A DNA stretch of 64,000 bases, taken from positions 143,749-207,748 of IMG/VR virus record IMGVR_UViG_3300020375_000001; one strand, given 5' to 3'. Below, one piece after another: positions 9,356 through 20,287 of this stretch. A program made the position numbers and the translations under genes. The notes beneath the pieces are model-generated. The model saw nothing but the letters and a program-made list of their open reading frames with translations. It had not been told where the DNA came from and did no database searches. Within the stretch, counting starts at the first letter, position 1. Every line of letters starts with the position of its first letter. This stretch comes from a virus. Its lineage: Duplodnaviria > Caudoviricetes.

Positions 9356-10768
9356 ATCTCCCCGCTGTTTGGCCATATGGTACACAACGCCATTGGCTTT
9401 GAACTTGCCATCCTTTCCTACTTTAGGAAGTCTGACGTGAACAGTCGAGGGCTTACCACCTAACGGAGTTAACTGAATAGAATAGTGGTCGTATTTGTTC
9501 GCCGCATCCATTACAGTTTCACGTTTAAAACTGGTTACTGCCACACCGGTGTTCTGAACATTCAGAACCATTGCCGCTACGTCCTTCTCGAGGATTTTAC
9601 TGATGTAGTGGGCATCCGCTGTTTTAAGCGATGACTTAAGCATGTTTTTATCAAGCACGCCATCTAAGTCAGGGGCAGACCATTCAGGAATCTCAAGGTC
9701 TTTCTCTTTTACAGTAGCCTGCTCTTCAAGAGACCCAGAGCCATCGGTGGCTTCGATGGTTTTATACGTGTTGGCCAGACGTACGGCACGTTTGTATTCC
9801 GGTAATGACATCTGACCGGCATCGCGCAATTCTCTAGCCTTACCTTCAACCGCAATAGTGCGGTCATTAGTATACACATTGGTAGACAGGTCAAGGTCTT
9901 CTTCGGTGAAGTCTTCTTCGGTTGCATTGGTAATCGTCTCCAATTCCTGCACGCGAGTCAGGTAACGAACAAAGGCTTTGTCAAACTCACCATTAATTTG
10001 CTCTTCGTCATCGCTTAACTTTTCGACCTTCCATGCCTGTAACTCACCCAAGTTCAGAATACTGAATTTACCCCCACGCATAAATACCAAGTTAACATAC
10101 TTGATATTCTCACCAAGAATAGTATCCAGTTCATGAGTACCTTGAGTACAGTACTGCCACAGGTAATAGAAGTACAGGGATTCCACTTTCTTAAACGGTT
10201 CAAGCGATTCAAGCGTGGGTTTCTTATTTAACATACGCAGTTCTTCCAGCTCAGGAAATACTTCAGGTATCTCCATGTGGATAAACTGGTTACGTAGAGT
10301 TTCTGCCGTTAGTTTTGCCACGGTATCCCAAACAGTACGATTTAGGTTACTCCACTCGTACCAGCTTTGTAGTGCATTACGGCTATAGCGGTAAATGTGG
10401 GGTAGCATGGCATAGTTTACAACAACCAAATTGTTTTGGTCCCGTACACCCTGCTCAAACTTCCGTAGCTGGCGAATCTTTCTCATTCGCTTGTGGTATA
10501 TCTTTAAACGCGAACGCAGCTCAGAGCTACGCTGACGCGGTCTACCAAGGTCTAAGGTTAATTCTTCAATGTGCCATGCATGGCAAGACTCACGTCCATT
10601 AAACAGTGGACTGTCCTGGTCTGGACCATTTTCAGTCTCTTCGGTCGGGATGTGGTGTAGTAGCGATTCCTTTGGAAGAATCAGAGAAGCCTGTTCAAAG
10701 AACATTGGCGACTTCAACTTCTCGTAGGTTCGCACACCATACTTCCGATAAAATTCTGGATAAAGCAT
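9356..10768 (-). CDS. Virion RNA polymerase beta subunit (phiKZ gp178-like), exon 1
   Basis: N-terminus MLYPEFYRKYGVR; ends KQRGD at the predicted 5' splice site. Spliced product 471+853=1324 aa. Confidence 0.85.
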
Positions 10769-10781
10769 TTGCTATTTCCTA

Positions 10782-11033
10782 TTAAAAGATGGTGTAATTT
10801 AGTAGGAACTGTTCTTCGCTTAGTTGTTCATAAAAGCCGTGGTCGTTCCTAATGATGATAAATCCCGAAGGGACGTACACGGTGGCGGTGCCATCTGGAA
10901 TCCGCACACCGCCATCTGGACCTTTGGTAATTCTACCTTTACCCCAAGCGATAATCTCTTCCTGCACTTCTGTATCGAACTCAACTTTACGGAACGATAC
11001 AAGGTTAGCTTTTAAAGTAGCCTGCATTTTCAT
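10782..11033 (-). CDS. Hypothetical protein (83 aa)
   Basis: ORF coupled to its neighbours inside the vRNAP operon. Confidence 0.65.
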   Translation of the reverse strand: MKMQATLKANLVSFRKVEFDTEVQEEIIAWGKGRITKGPDGGVRIPDGTATVYVPSGFIIIRNDHGFYEQLSEEQFLLNYTIF

Positions 11034-11440
11034 TATTTAAGCTCCCGGTTAACATTCCAACCAAATTTAATCTGCTTAGCTGGTATATCTTTAGTATAAC
11101 CAAATGTACCAAAGCGATTAATGGAGTCCAACCAATTCCCCTTACCGGAGTCTTCGTCAGCTACCGCAAATTCAGGTAGTAGCCCACTAACTTCGAAGAC
11201 ATCAAAGTCCCCGAACTTTTTAAGGAACTCATGGTGCAAATTAACGTTACCGCTATGGGCAAGGTAAATGGCTTTCTTCTCAGGTGCAGGACCGTACCCA
11301 GATGGGTCAGTATCTAAACTTAACCCGTCCTTAAGTATGGATTCTCGATTCTTTCTAGGGCTATAGTGGTAGAAGACATCTTTCTTAAACTGTCGTTCTT
11401 CCTTAATGGCCTCTAGACCTTCGGCTAGTATGGGTCTCAT
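11033..11440 (-). CDS. Putative ADP-ribosyltransferase-fold (Tpt1/DUF952-like) protein
   Basis: FYHYSPRKNRESILKDGL...IYLAH...F.V...DED...IP pattern typical of the H-type ART fold. Confidence 0.55.
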   Translation of the reverse strand: MRPILAEGLEAIKEERQFKKDVFYHYSPRKNRESILKDGLSLDTDPSGYGPAPEKKAIYLAHSGNVNLHHEFLKKFGDFDVFEVSGLLPEFAVADEDSGKGNWLDSINRFGTFGYTKDIPAKQIKFGWNVNRELK

Positions 11441-13077
11441 TATTTCAATACCTTTTCTGAACCGAAAGTTAAACCACGTAACAACCAGTCGATAGTATCC
11501 GTACCAAACATCTGTAATCCACCACGAGGGTCGATGTAACCAGTAGGCTTATCAAAATACTTGTGAATTTCACTTTCGGCATCATCTGACATCAGGAAGT
11601 TACAACTTACTGTATCACCATCGAAGTCAGCACCTAGACCTACGAGTCGGTTAGGGTTAACACCAATGGTATCGAAGAACGGAACATTGAAGCGCGGGAA
11701 CTCGTAAGCAACGTGTTCATCGTCCATCGGTTCCCACTGGTCATCAAGTTCACGTAAGATGTCACCTTCAACCGTAGTCTTTAAATAGACCGTCGAAGGA
11801 TACGTTGAACCTAGGCCGGTAATTGGATATCGGGTAATGGTACACGTCAAACGATTCCAGTGACGATACCCGGCGATGTACAGGAACTCAGCATACGTTA
11901 CCGGGTGACACTTTTCTTTTTGGCTAGGTACCAATCGGTCAAACTCACCAGGGTTTAATAGACGGAAGTGTTGCTCGTCTTTAAAAATCAGAGCAAGATA
12001 CTTACCTTCTACCAAGATAGGCTTATGGCGAATGGAAGCATTCCCGTAATAGTTGATGAACTTCTCGAGTCCTTCTACTGTGGTCCAGCGGTCCATGGTT
12101 TCCGTGGTAACATTAACCCAGACAGTTTTCTTTGTCTTGCGGTCTACCAATGGAACATTCGTACCGCCAGTAAATATTTTCGAGAGGTGTCCTTTAGATA
12201 ACCATGAAGTAGTTAAAGGTAGAACCCCTTTCGCCGTTTGGTATAAACCCACTACGGTGTCAGTGGAGTCGATACTACGTGGACTGTCCAAGTCGTCGGT
12301 ACCAACATCCATGGAAGTGATTACGTTACGTGTACCGTTGAAGATACGACGTGAACCCCACTTAGCCTGAATGAAACCTTTCTTACCAGTGATAAACGTT
12401 TCAAGATGCTCGTAGATAGCATTGATGGCTAACTGGAGCGAGTAGCGCGAACGGTCATAGACCGGGTCGTTATTGTTATTAACGTTCACGGCTATCGTAT
12501 TGGCAACGGAGAGTACTTTACGATACATGTCGTTAATCTCATCTTCTTGGGTATACCCGTCTTCTGAGACTTGTACTTCACGTAACCCAGCAGGCAACAC
12601 TAACCATTTATTGGTGGTGGCCGTGTCACGATATTTTTCAATTACGCTAATCCGTAGATTACGCTGGTCAGACTCCGTCTTCTTAAAACGCAGGTCTTTA
12701 AAATGGGACATGAAGAAAGCGTAACCAGTTTCCCCCTCTACTTCGCTAGATGCAACGAAGTCTTTCTCACCAGCAACCCATTTGGCATATTTCTTACCGG
12801 CAAGGATTTCACCATACAGTCCTTTAATACGAACAAGGTGGCGATGGATTAAAGGGTGGAGTACTTGTACTTTCAAGTCGATGAAACTAAAACGGTTACT
12901 TCTTTCCGTGGTACCAGACGCACCGAAGATAGAAACAGAGTAGAGTCCATCTTCATGGAAGTTTGTAGTGCCGCCATCGTATATATCTGAAACCCTAACA
13001 GGTTTCATGGATGCAGTATTCTGACCCGTCAAGTTTAACAGTTGAACATTGAACGGCATCTTGCCTATTGCTGTCAT
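11440..13077 (-). CDS. Virion RNA polymerase beta-prime catalytic subunit (phiKZ gp180-like)
   Basis: GADFDGD catalytic motif, GLYSVSIFG, KWLVLPAGLR, KKGFIQAKWGSR, RYPIT. Confidence 0.93.
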   Translation of the reverse strand: MTAIGKMPFNVQLLNLTGQNTASMKPVRVSDIYDGGTTNFHEDGLYSVSIFGASGTTERSNRFSFIDLKVQVLHPLIHRHLVRIKGLYGEILAGKKYAKWVAGEKDFVASSEVEGETGYAFFMSHFKDLRFKKTESDQRNLRISVIEKYRDTATTNKWLVLPAGLREVQVSEDGYTQEDEINDMYRKVLSVANTIAVNVNNNNDPVYDRSRYSLQLAINAIYEHLETFITGKKGFIQAKWGSRRIFNGTRNVITSMDVGTDDLDSPRSIDSTDTVVGLYQTAKGVLPLTTSWLSKGHLSKIFTGGTNVPLVDRKTKKTVWVNVTTETMDRWTTVEGLEKFINYYGNASIRHKPILVEGKYLALIFKDEQHFRLLNPGEFDRLVPSQKEKCHPVTYAEFLYIAGYRHWNRLTCTITRYPITGLGSTYPSTVYLKTTVEGDILRELDDQWEPMDDEHVAYEFPRFNVPFFDTIGVNPNRLVGLGADFDGDTVSCNFLMSDDAESEIHKYFDKPTGYIDPRGGLQMFGTDTIDWLLRGLTFGSEKVLK

Positions 13078-13151
13078 ATTGCTGTTCCTATGATTAGGTG
13101 GTCTTATTATAGGCGACCACAGTATTTTTTAAATTAGAAAAGGAGTCCGTT

Positions 13152-16100
13152 ATGTCCGACGATATAGACATCGATGATGACGGCTTTGATAGCTTTGATG
13201 ATTTCGATGCTCCTGATTTCGACGGTGATGTCGGGGGCGGTAATGAATCCCGCACGCCGATTACGGCTGCAGCCAGTAGCTTCACTGAAGCGGCAACTAA
13301 CGACTTAATGAGCGTTAATGCGGCTAAGCAGATAGCTCGTAAGGGATTACCCGAAGGCTATGGCGAGGCCATGGACCTCGTTGATGAGACTGCAGGCCGG
13401 GCTTCTGACCTATACGATAAAGCCGAGAAAAGGTTAGAACCTGCTATCAAATCCACGAAACAGGCAACCCGTGGATTGCTTCCTAAGGCAGAGGGTATTC
13501 TTCCTAAAAAACTATACGAACGTATGGCTAAATGGTCGGAGGATGATGATAACAGTGGTCCTCGAGTCAATGCCGATGAGGAATCTATTTCCACTGCACT
13601 AAGTAGTATCTTCACTACGCAGTTAGAACAACAGGAAGCCGACAAGCAAGAACAAACCGTCCGTGACACATTAAAAGGTGAAGTGGAAGGGGAGCGACAC
13701 GAGCAGAACATTGACAAGTTGAGTCTGATTCAAAAGTCGATGTCGCGCTTGGTTGGCTATCAAGATTCTGTTACTGCAGCGTACCAAAAGAAATCATTGG
13801 ACCTACAGTTTCGTCATTACTTCGCAGCGCGTGATTTACTTAAATTACAAACCGCAAGTAATGCTGATGTTATCACAGCCTTAAATGACATCAAAACAAA
13901 CACAGGTTTACCTGACTGGATTAAAACCCAGACTAACGAAAACTTTAATGCAATGCTCTCTCAACGGTTGATGGGTGGTACCGTTGATACTGTTAGTGAC
14001 TACATGGGCAATTTCCGTGAGAACCTTTTTAAGGGTATTGAGACGAAAGTCATGGGTACTGTGGGAGAGGTTGCTGACGGTATTCAGGAAATTACTGGCG
14101 GTATCAGTCAGATGAATGAAGCCCAAGCAATGATGGCGGATTTCGATGATGGACCAACTAAAAGCGGGGCGGTGCAAGCTGCCGAGATGGCTGGTGGCAT
14201 TGGTGGTAGTACGGTTGCTAATAAAATTATTAACTTTATTGGTAGGCGGATGCGTAAGGAAACTGGCGCAACTAAAGCCATTGCTGAAAAGGGTATTGAA
14301 GCATCTAACTTTGTCAGAGGCTTCGACGGTAGATTGAAGGAGTTTATAGATACTGCGGATAGTCGCGATGGAATGCTAGGTGTAGCTGGACGCTTCTTAC
14401 AGGACGTTGCACCTACAATGAATACTACGCCAAGTGTACTGCAAAATCTTTCTAAGGATGCTACAGCTTCGGTTGAGTGGGATTTATTGTCTCGCCGTAC
14501 TTTGGTGGAAATCATTCCTGAGTATTTAGCACGCATTACTCAAAACACCGAATCTATGGCAACGGGTAAAGCTGCTGAGAAGATGGTGTACAGTAAGCAA
14601 TCTGAATCTTTCATGACAGAATCGGATGCTATTGCTGAAGCTACTGATAAGTTTGTGCGTCGTGATGAGATTACGGAATACCGTAGTCGTTCTGATGAGT
14701 TACTGAATAGACTGTTTAGTGGTGCACGTATTTCACCTGAAGCCCGTATGGCAATGTCTGAACAGTTACACACCGACCTGAGTCGTGGTTGGAACTTTGA
14801 TGTACGTCGCTATGTAAACGCCGATGCCTTTGAATCACACCTAGACCCTGATGCTGTTGCTGAACTACGTGACTTTTTCCGCGATAAGTTTAAAGCGAAA
14901 GAGAAGGTCGTTGACGGTAAGAGTAGTTGGGATTTTGAGTACGGTGAGCAAACCGGTAAGTTACTTGGTAGCTTGCAGAATCAGGGTAAGAATCTTCAAA
15001 ATCGAATCCCTGAAATGCAAAGTAGTATCAATGAGTTCGTTGCCACTGGCGATAAAGATTTGTTGCGCGCTACGGGGTGGATTGACTCTACCTCAGGTAG
15101 AGACCAGTTTAACTTACAGCGCATGAATAACCTGATGACCGGTCGTCTTGAATTAGATGACTTACAGTCGGAATGGGAACGTGACCGCTTGAAAGAGGAA
15201 CGGGGTGCTGAGAAAACCAAGTGGCAAGAGCGCGACCGTGGACAATGGGTAGTTGACGATAACAGTACTGTGGAACCTGTTAAGAGCGAGCGGGCTGAGA
15301 AATCTAACCTACCACCTGTCATGAGCAGTGAAGACCGTAGTATTATCTCTGGTCTGAATGCAATGATGGGGCAGTTAAGTACTACCAGTAAAGCAAGCCT
15401 TGACCGTTTAGCGGAAATGGCTACTAACAATGTAGAAGCTTCTGAATTCAACAGTCAACAGGTACAAATCCTGACTGAGATTCGTGACCTACTGATTGCA
15501 CAGCAGATGACTGGCTTGTCCAGTGAAGACGCAGCAATGGGTGCGGAGCTATTGAAGAAGTTTACTGCGGCGGCTAACTGGGAACAACCTAAATGGTACA
15601 ATACCCTTACTAGTGGCATTGTCGATGGTGCTAAAGCTGGCGCGGGGATGTTAAGTAGTTACTACGGTGCACTTGGTAATGCTGCGTCATCCACTGTCGG
15701 TTTCTTGAAAGAGAAGGGTACTGCAGCTTGGGGTAAAATCCAAGAAAAAGGTGCCGCACTGTCAGATGTCTACATAAACGGTATGCAAATGCCTGCACTG
15801 CGTGCACAGCTTATAAAGGCTGGTCGCTATGTGGACTCGCAGACGGGGAAGGTAATTACTAGCTTAGACGATATCAGTGGCGAGGTCATTGATAAAGTAA
15901 CCGGCAATGTAGTTATCTCAGCTGAGGATTATCGTGGGGGTCTATTTGATAACCGTGGCAATACCCTGTTCGCTAAACTAGGTGCAGGAGCTCAGAAGTT
16001 AATCTCTGGCGGAATGGAAGCTCTGGGTAGCTACTATGGCTTTTTAGGTAACACTGCTGGTAATGTACTCACATGGGGCAAGGAGAAGATTACGGACCTT

Positions 16101-19100
16101 GACCGTAAACTAAGAACTGAGAGTGACGTATACGTTAAGAACCGTATGGGCGATGGTCCTGCATTATTACGTACTAAGTTGTTGCGTGGTGCATACTTCG
16201 ATATTGAAGGTAATCCTATCTTCTCTGTCGGGGACATTACGGGACCAGTCTTTGATGAAGACGGTAACCAGTTGATTAGTGACGAGGATATCTCTGCTGG
16301 CTTAGTTGACCCTCAAGGGGATGACATTAAGACTGCGGGTATTCTAGGCAACGGGTTAGGGATAGTTGGTGCTGGCATCGGCCTTGCTAAGAAAGGTGCG
16401 AGTAAAGCATTCAGTGCTTTGAAAACTTACTATTCTGGTCTGGGTCAAATCTCAGGTAGTCTACTTGACAAGCTAAAGCATGGCTTTTCTGGGTTTGGTG
16501 GTTCGGAAGTTGCAGAGACAATGAATGTCACGGCGACCAACGTATACCTTAATGGTAACATCATTCGGGAAGGTGAACCTTCGGTAGCTGAAAAGGCTGG
16601 TACCACTGTAAGCTCTGCTGTATCTACGGTACGTGAAAAGACCGGAGAGATGAGCGAGCAGTTGAAGGCCGCTACTGCATCCGTAAAAGAGAGGGCATCT
16701 GCTGAACTAAACACCGCCACAGCGAAAGCTTCAGAACTTACTGGGGCAGCAAAGGCCAAAGCGAAGGAAACCAAAGACAGTCTACTTGGTCGTGAGATTG
16801 GGGAAGACACGACACTGGTTGCTGACGCTAACGGTAATGTAAGCCTTAAGACTGAAGAAGGGGTTATTCCTGCTGGGGATGGTTCTACCAAAGGTTACAT
16901 GGCTGCATTACTTGCTTACTTCCATCGTCAGAGTCAACAAGATTCAGCCGATGGTGATGGCGATGGTCTACGTGATGGTGGTTGGCGCTCCAAACTCTTT
17001 GGTCGTAAGAAAACCGAAGACGACTCCACTGAGGACAAACCTAAAGAAGGGAACCGGAAAGCTGGTAAGGGTATGTTAGCTGGAATGGCTGGCTTACTTG
17101 GACTTGGCGGAGGGTCTGATGAAGATAGTGGGGATGGCGACAGTTTCGCAGGTGACGTTGCTGCTGAAGTTGCAGGGGAGTACGCTGCAGATAAACTAGG
17201 TGGTAAAGGTGGTGACAGTGATAGTGGTGGTAGAAGACGTACCCGTACGCCGAAAGGTAAGGGGAATCTAGCATCGCGAGCGTGGGGTGCAATTAAAGGT
17301 GCTGGTAGTAGCGTTAAGGAAATGGCTACCAATGCTAAAGGTCGTAGTATAATGGGGAATGCGAAAGCGTTAACCACAGGTACGGCTGGATTAGTTGCAG
17401 GCCTTGGTAAAGGCATTAAGTCATTCGGTGGTAAACTTACCTCTGGTCCTGGTTCTAGCCTGCTTAAAAAAGCAGGGCTATTTGGGGCAAGGGCTGGCCT
17501 AGGTTTACTGGGTGGTACCTTAGCGGCGGTAGGTGGGGTGGCGGCTGCCCCTATAGTAGCAAGTGCATTGGCTATAGCGGGTACTGCATGGACAGCCTAC
17601 GAAGTGGCAAGTGGTGTGGGTGGATTCCTGTTCCGACGTTCTGAGGCAGAACCTATTGAGCGTTATCGTTTCTTACAGTACGGTTTAAATCCGGATAACA
17701 AAGAGCATCGTGTGTTCCTGCGTATCTTGGAAGCTGGCGCTGCTGATAACGTTGAGTACATGGGACAGGATGGTACTAATAACCGTATCCTACTAGGTGA
17801 CGACCCTGAGTGGTTGTACGAGGCTATGGATTACATTGGTATCGATGCACATACGGAATACGAGGAAGACCCTGAAAATGGTGAGCGTTTTGGCAAGTGT
17901 TACAAATGGTTCAAGAATCGTTTTGAGCCTGTGTTCTTATTACACCATGGCCATGCTCGTCAGTTGGATGAAGACGTAGACCTACTTGACATTGACGATG
18001 AAATGGACGATGAACTGAAACATAGGTTTGTTGACCGTTCGTATTATCCCAATAACGGTGAGAGTCAATCGCCATACTTTGTGGATACGCCATTCATCGA
18101 AGGGTATACCATCGGCTACGATGACATCGATGCGCAACGTGACGCTCTATTAGCTGAATATAAAGCGTATCAAGAAGGGGACAAGGAAGAGTCGGGTATT
18201 GGTTCTAAAATCAAGTCGGCGTTAATGATGGCTACTCCGGTAGGCATGGCAATGAAAGCCGCTGAAACATTAACGAGTAAAGATGCTGGTACTGGTACTA
18301 AGGATGAGGAATCATCTGGAAGTATTAGTAAGATTCTTAAGGGTGGCCTTATGGCTGTTCCTGGGGTAGGCATTGGAGCAATGTTGTACAACATGTTCTC
18401 CGACGACGATGAGGAAGTGAAGGTGAAGGTGCCACAGTTTAAAACTGAAGACGGCAGTGACATCTCTCACTTGGATGCTATACGCTTCTACCAATACGGT
18501 GTGGGTAAACTTACTGATAGAACCGCTGCATTACTCTACCGTTTAGAGCGTGCAGTCTCTGCTGACCTTGCATACGCAGGGGATACAGTAGAGTGGTCTG
18601 GTAATCTGAAACGTATCTGGCACGATATGGCAACCGCCCTTGGCTACTCTAGAAGGGATGGTGCTGCTAGAGGGGAGTGGAACAAATGGTTTACCATTAC
18701 CTTCCTACCAGTGTTTTCAGCTTACGCCGCTGCATTAAGAAGTAAGTCCGTTAACGAAATTCACAGTCCTAAGCTGTCGAAGAAGGATATGTGGGAAGTG
18801 GCGAAAGTCATTGTTCTTGACATAGCCCCTCGCTTTGCGGGTATGTTGAGACGTGGACATGAAGCGGTGGCTAACGACGACATGGTTACTAAACTATTGT
18901 TAGCGTTAGAAGAACAGGCTAAGGTGAAAGAGAAAGAGTTTGAGCTAACTACCCCTAACACTAAAGGCCCTGTGGTCGATGGTGTTGCTCCGGTAATGAA
19001 GTTGACTAGTACTGTTACTAGCGCAGCGTCTAAAGGGGATACGGAAGCGAAGACATCTACTCCTACATCTACTCCGACAACAGTCAAGCGGAAACTGGAG

Positions 19101-20231
19101 ACTACCAAAACTGCTACAGGCGGTGACGGGTTCGTTGTACCTGCGGATGGAAACATTAGTTCCCCGTATGGTAACCGAGTCCACCCAATTGACGGTACAA
19201 AGAAATTCCATGCTGGCATTGATATCGCCGGACCGGAAGGTACTCCTATCGTGGCCAGTGCAAGTGGCGTTATCAGTCGTCGTGATTACTCACGTGACTA
19301 TGGTAATGTTATCTACATTGAAAACGATGATGGTACACATAGCCGTTACGCACACATGTATCGCTTTGAACCTGGCTATCGTGTTGGGGACAGAGTAGAG
19401 CAAGGTGCTAAAATTGGTGAGATGGGGTCGACAGGTGCGTCTACTGGTTCACACCTACACTTCGAAGTACGTAAAGATACGTATGATAAAAACTCAGCCC
19501 TAAACCCTCTGGACCTGTTTAACGGGGACAAGGCTACAAAGGCAAGAGAAGAAGTGGCCAAGGCAGTGAAAGCTGCTGAGGATGAGAAGAGTGGTAAGAT
19601 AGATACAAGCCTTGAAGGTGAGAATACTATTGCATCCACTGTGAAAGGTGAAGCGACTAACCACGATGCTAAACGAGAAGCTACGGCTAGGGTGAATACT
19701 CCTCTGGTGAAACCTGCTAACATGGTACCATCTACTCCGGTAATGGAAACTGTTAAGGTAGGCTACACTGAGGATGAGGTGGCTACATTAGCACCGACTC
19801 AACCTGTTACGGCTAAGAAGTTACCAACAATTAACCATGCCCCGGTTACACCGGTACGGAAACCTAAGCAGGCAGTTGAAGGTGAGCTAATCGTTGAAGC
19901 TGAGGTGTTACAGCAAAAACGTGCACAACTTGGTCAAGAAGTTGCAAATGCGAAAAGTGAGCAACAGCTCGAGTTAATCGGGATGATACTGCATCGTCAG
20001 TTAGAGTCTAACTATCGCATGGAAGAACTAATGGCTAAGGTGGTTGATAACACAATGGCTACAGCCGAAAGGGTAACGCCTGTTACACAACAAGCACAGA
20101 AAGACACCGGTAGCGTAAAGCCTAAACCAGATGCAAAAGCTGCTACTGGTAAAGAGCTAAACGCACTCTTCGCTAGTCGAGAGAAAACTAAGCCACTTTC
20201 GCACCCTCTACTTATGGGTCGAAACAAGTAA
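13152..20231 (+). CDS. Tape measure protein (phiKZ gp181-like) with C-terminal M23 peptidase
   Basis: 2359-aa helical/Gly-Ala-rich protein divergent from the vRNAP genes; M23 motifs HAGIDI, SRYAHM, STGSHLHFEVR. Confidence 0.88.
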   Translation: MSDDIDIDDDGFDSFDDFDAPDFDGDVGGGNESRTPITAAASSFTEAATNDLMSVNAAKQIARKGLPEGYGEAMDLVDETAGRASDLYDKAEKRLEPAIKSTKQATRGLLPKAEGILPKKLYERMAKWSEDDDNSGPRVNADEESISTALSSIFTTQLEQQEADKQEQTVRDTLKGEVEGERHEQNIDKLSLIQKSMSRLVGYQDSVTAAYQKKSLDLQFRHYFAARDLLKLQTASNADVITALNDIKTNTGLPDWIKTQTNENFNAMLSQRLMGGTVDTVSDYMGNFRENLFKGIETKVMGTVGEVADGIQEITGGISQMNEAQAMMADFDDGPTKSGAVQAAEMAGGIGGSTVANKIINFIGRRMRKETGATKAIAEKGIEASNFVRGFDGRLKEFIDTADSRDGMLGVAGRFLQDVAPTMNTTPSVLQNLSKDATASVEWDLLSRRTLVEIIPEYLARITQNTESMATGKAAEKMVYSKQSESFMTESDAIAEATDKFVRRDEITEYRSRSDELLNRLFSGARISPEARMAMSEQLHTDLSRGWNFDVRRYVNADAFESHLDPDAVAELRDFFRDKFKAKEKVVDGKSSWDFEYGEQTGKLLGSLQNQGKNLQNRIPEMQSSINEFVATGDKDLLRATGWIDSTSGRDQFNLQRMNNLMTGRLELDDLQSEWERDRLKEERGAEKTKWQERDRGQWVVDDNSTVEPVKSERAEKSNLPPVMSSEDRSIISGLNAMMGQLSTTSKASLDRLAEMATNNVEASEFNSQQVQILTEIRDLLIAQQMTGLSSEDAAMGAELLKKFTAAANWEQPKWYNTLTSGIVDGAKAGAGMLSSYYGALGNAASSTVGFLKEKGTAAWGKIQEKGAALSDVYINGMQMPALRAQLIKAGRYVDSQTGKVITSLDDISGEVIDKVTGNVVISAEDYRGGLFDNRGNTLFAKLGAGAQKLISGGMEALGSYYGFLGNTAGNVLTWGKEKITDLDRKLRTESDVYVKNRMGDGPALLRTKLLRGAYFDIEGNPIFSVGDITGPVFDEDGNQLISDEDISAGLVDPQGDDIKTAGILGNGLGIVGAGIGLAKKGASKAFSALKTYYSGLGQISGSLLDKLKHGFSGFGGSEVAETMNVTATNVYLNGNIIREGEPSVAEKAGTTVSSAVSTVREKTGEMSEQLKAATASVKERASAELNTATAKASELTGAAKAKAKETKDSLLGREIGEDTTLVADANGNVSLKTEEGVIPAGDGSTKGYMAALLAYFHRQSQQDSADGDGDGLRDGGWRSKLFGRKKTEDDSTEDKPKEGNRKAGKGMLAGMAGLLGLGGGSDEDSGDGDSFAGDVAAEVAGEYAADKLGGKGGDSDSGGRRRTRTPKGKGNLASRAWGAIKGAGSSVKEMATNAKGRSIMGNAKALTTGTAGLVAGLGKGIKSFGGKLTSGPGSSLLKKAGLFGARAGLGLLGGTLAAVGGVAAAPIVASALAIAGTAWTAYEVASGVGGFLFRRSEAEPIERYRFLQYGLNPDNKEHRVFLRILEAGAADNVEYMGQDGTNNRILLGDDPEWLYEAMDYIGIDAHTEYEEDPENGERFGKCYKWFKNRFEPVFLLHHGHARQLDEDVDLLDIDDEMDDELKHRFVDRSYYPNNGESQSPYFVDTPFIEGYTIGYDDIDAQRDALLAEYKAYQEGDKEESGIGSKIKSALMMATPVGMAMKAAETLTSKDAGTGTKDEESSGSISKILKGGLMAVPGVGIGAMLYNMFSDDDEEVKVKVPQFKTEDGSDISHLDAIRFYQYGVGKLTDRTAALLYRLERAVSADLAYAGDTVEWSGNLKRIWHDMATALGYSRRDGAARGEWNKWFTITFLPVFSAYAAALRSKSVNEIHSPKLSKKDMWEVAKVIVLDIAPRFAGMLRRGHEAVANDDMVTKLLLALEEQAKVKEKEFELTTPNTKGPVVDGVAPVMKLTSTVTSAASKGDTEAKTSTPTSTPTTVKRKLETTKTATGGDGFVVPADGNISSPYGNRVHPIDGTKKFHAGIDIAGPEGTPIVASASGVISRRDYSRDYGNVIYIENDDGTHSRYAHMYRFEPGYRVGDRVEQGAKIGEMGSTGASTGSHLHFEVRKDTYDKNSALNPLDLFNGDKATKAREEVAKAVKAAEDEKSGKIDTSLEGENTIASTVKGEATNHDAKREATARVNTPLVKPANMVPSTPVMETVKVGYTEDEVATLAPTQPVTAKKLPTINHAPVTPVRKPKQAVEGELIVEAEVLQQKRAQLGQEVANAKSEQQLELIGMILHRQLESNYRMEELMAKVVDNTMATAERVTPVTQQAQKDTGSVKPKPDAKAATGKELNALFASREKTKPLSHPLLMGRNK

Positions 20232-20237
20232 CAATTC

Positions 20238-20266
20238 GGGAGGCCTAGCGCCTCCCTTATTTTTTT
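20238..20266 (+). terminator. Intrinsic terminator
   Basis: GGGAGGC-ctagc-GCCTCCC followed by a T-tract. Confidence 0.8.
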
Positions 20267-20287
20267 CTTTTAATAAGGAGTGGTTAT

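Noticed and set aside
10782-11033. Faint likeness of the 83-aa protein to PGDYG-type small phage domains
   Set aside because: Too few conserved residues to support a family call.
13078-13151. TATG late-promoter candidates here and upstream of other structural genes
   Set aside because: A four-base motif in AT-rich DNA cannot be supported without TSS data.
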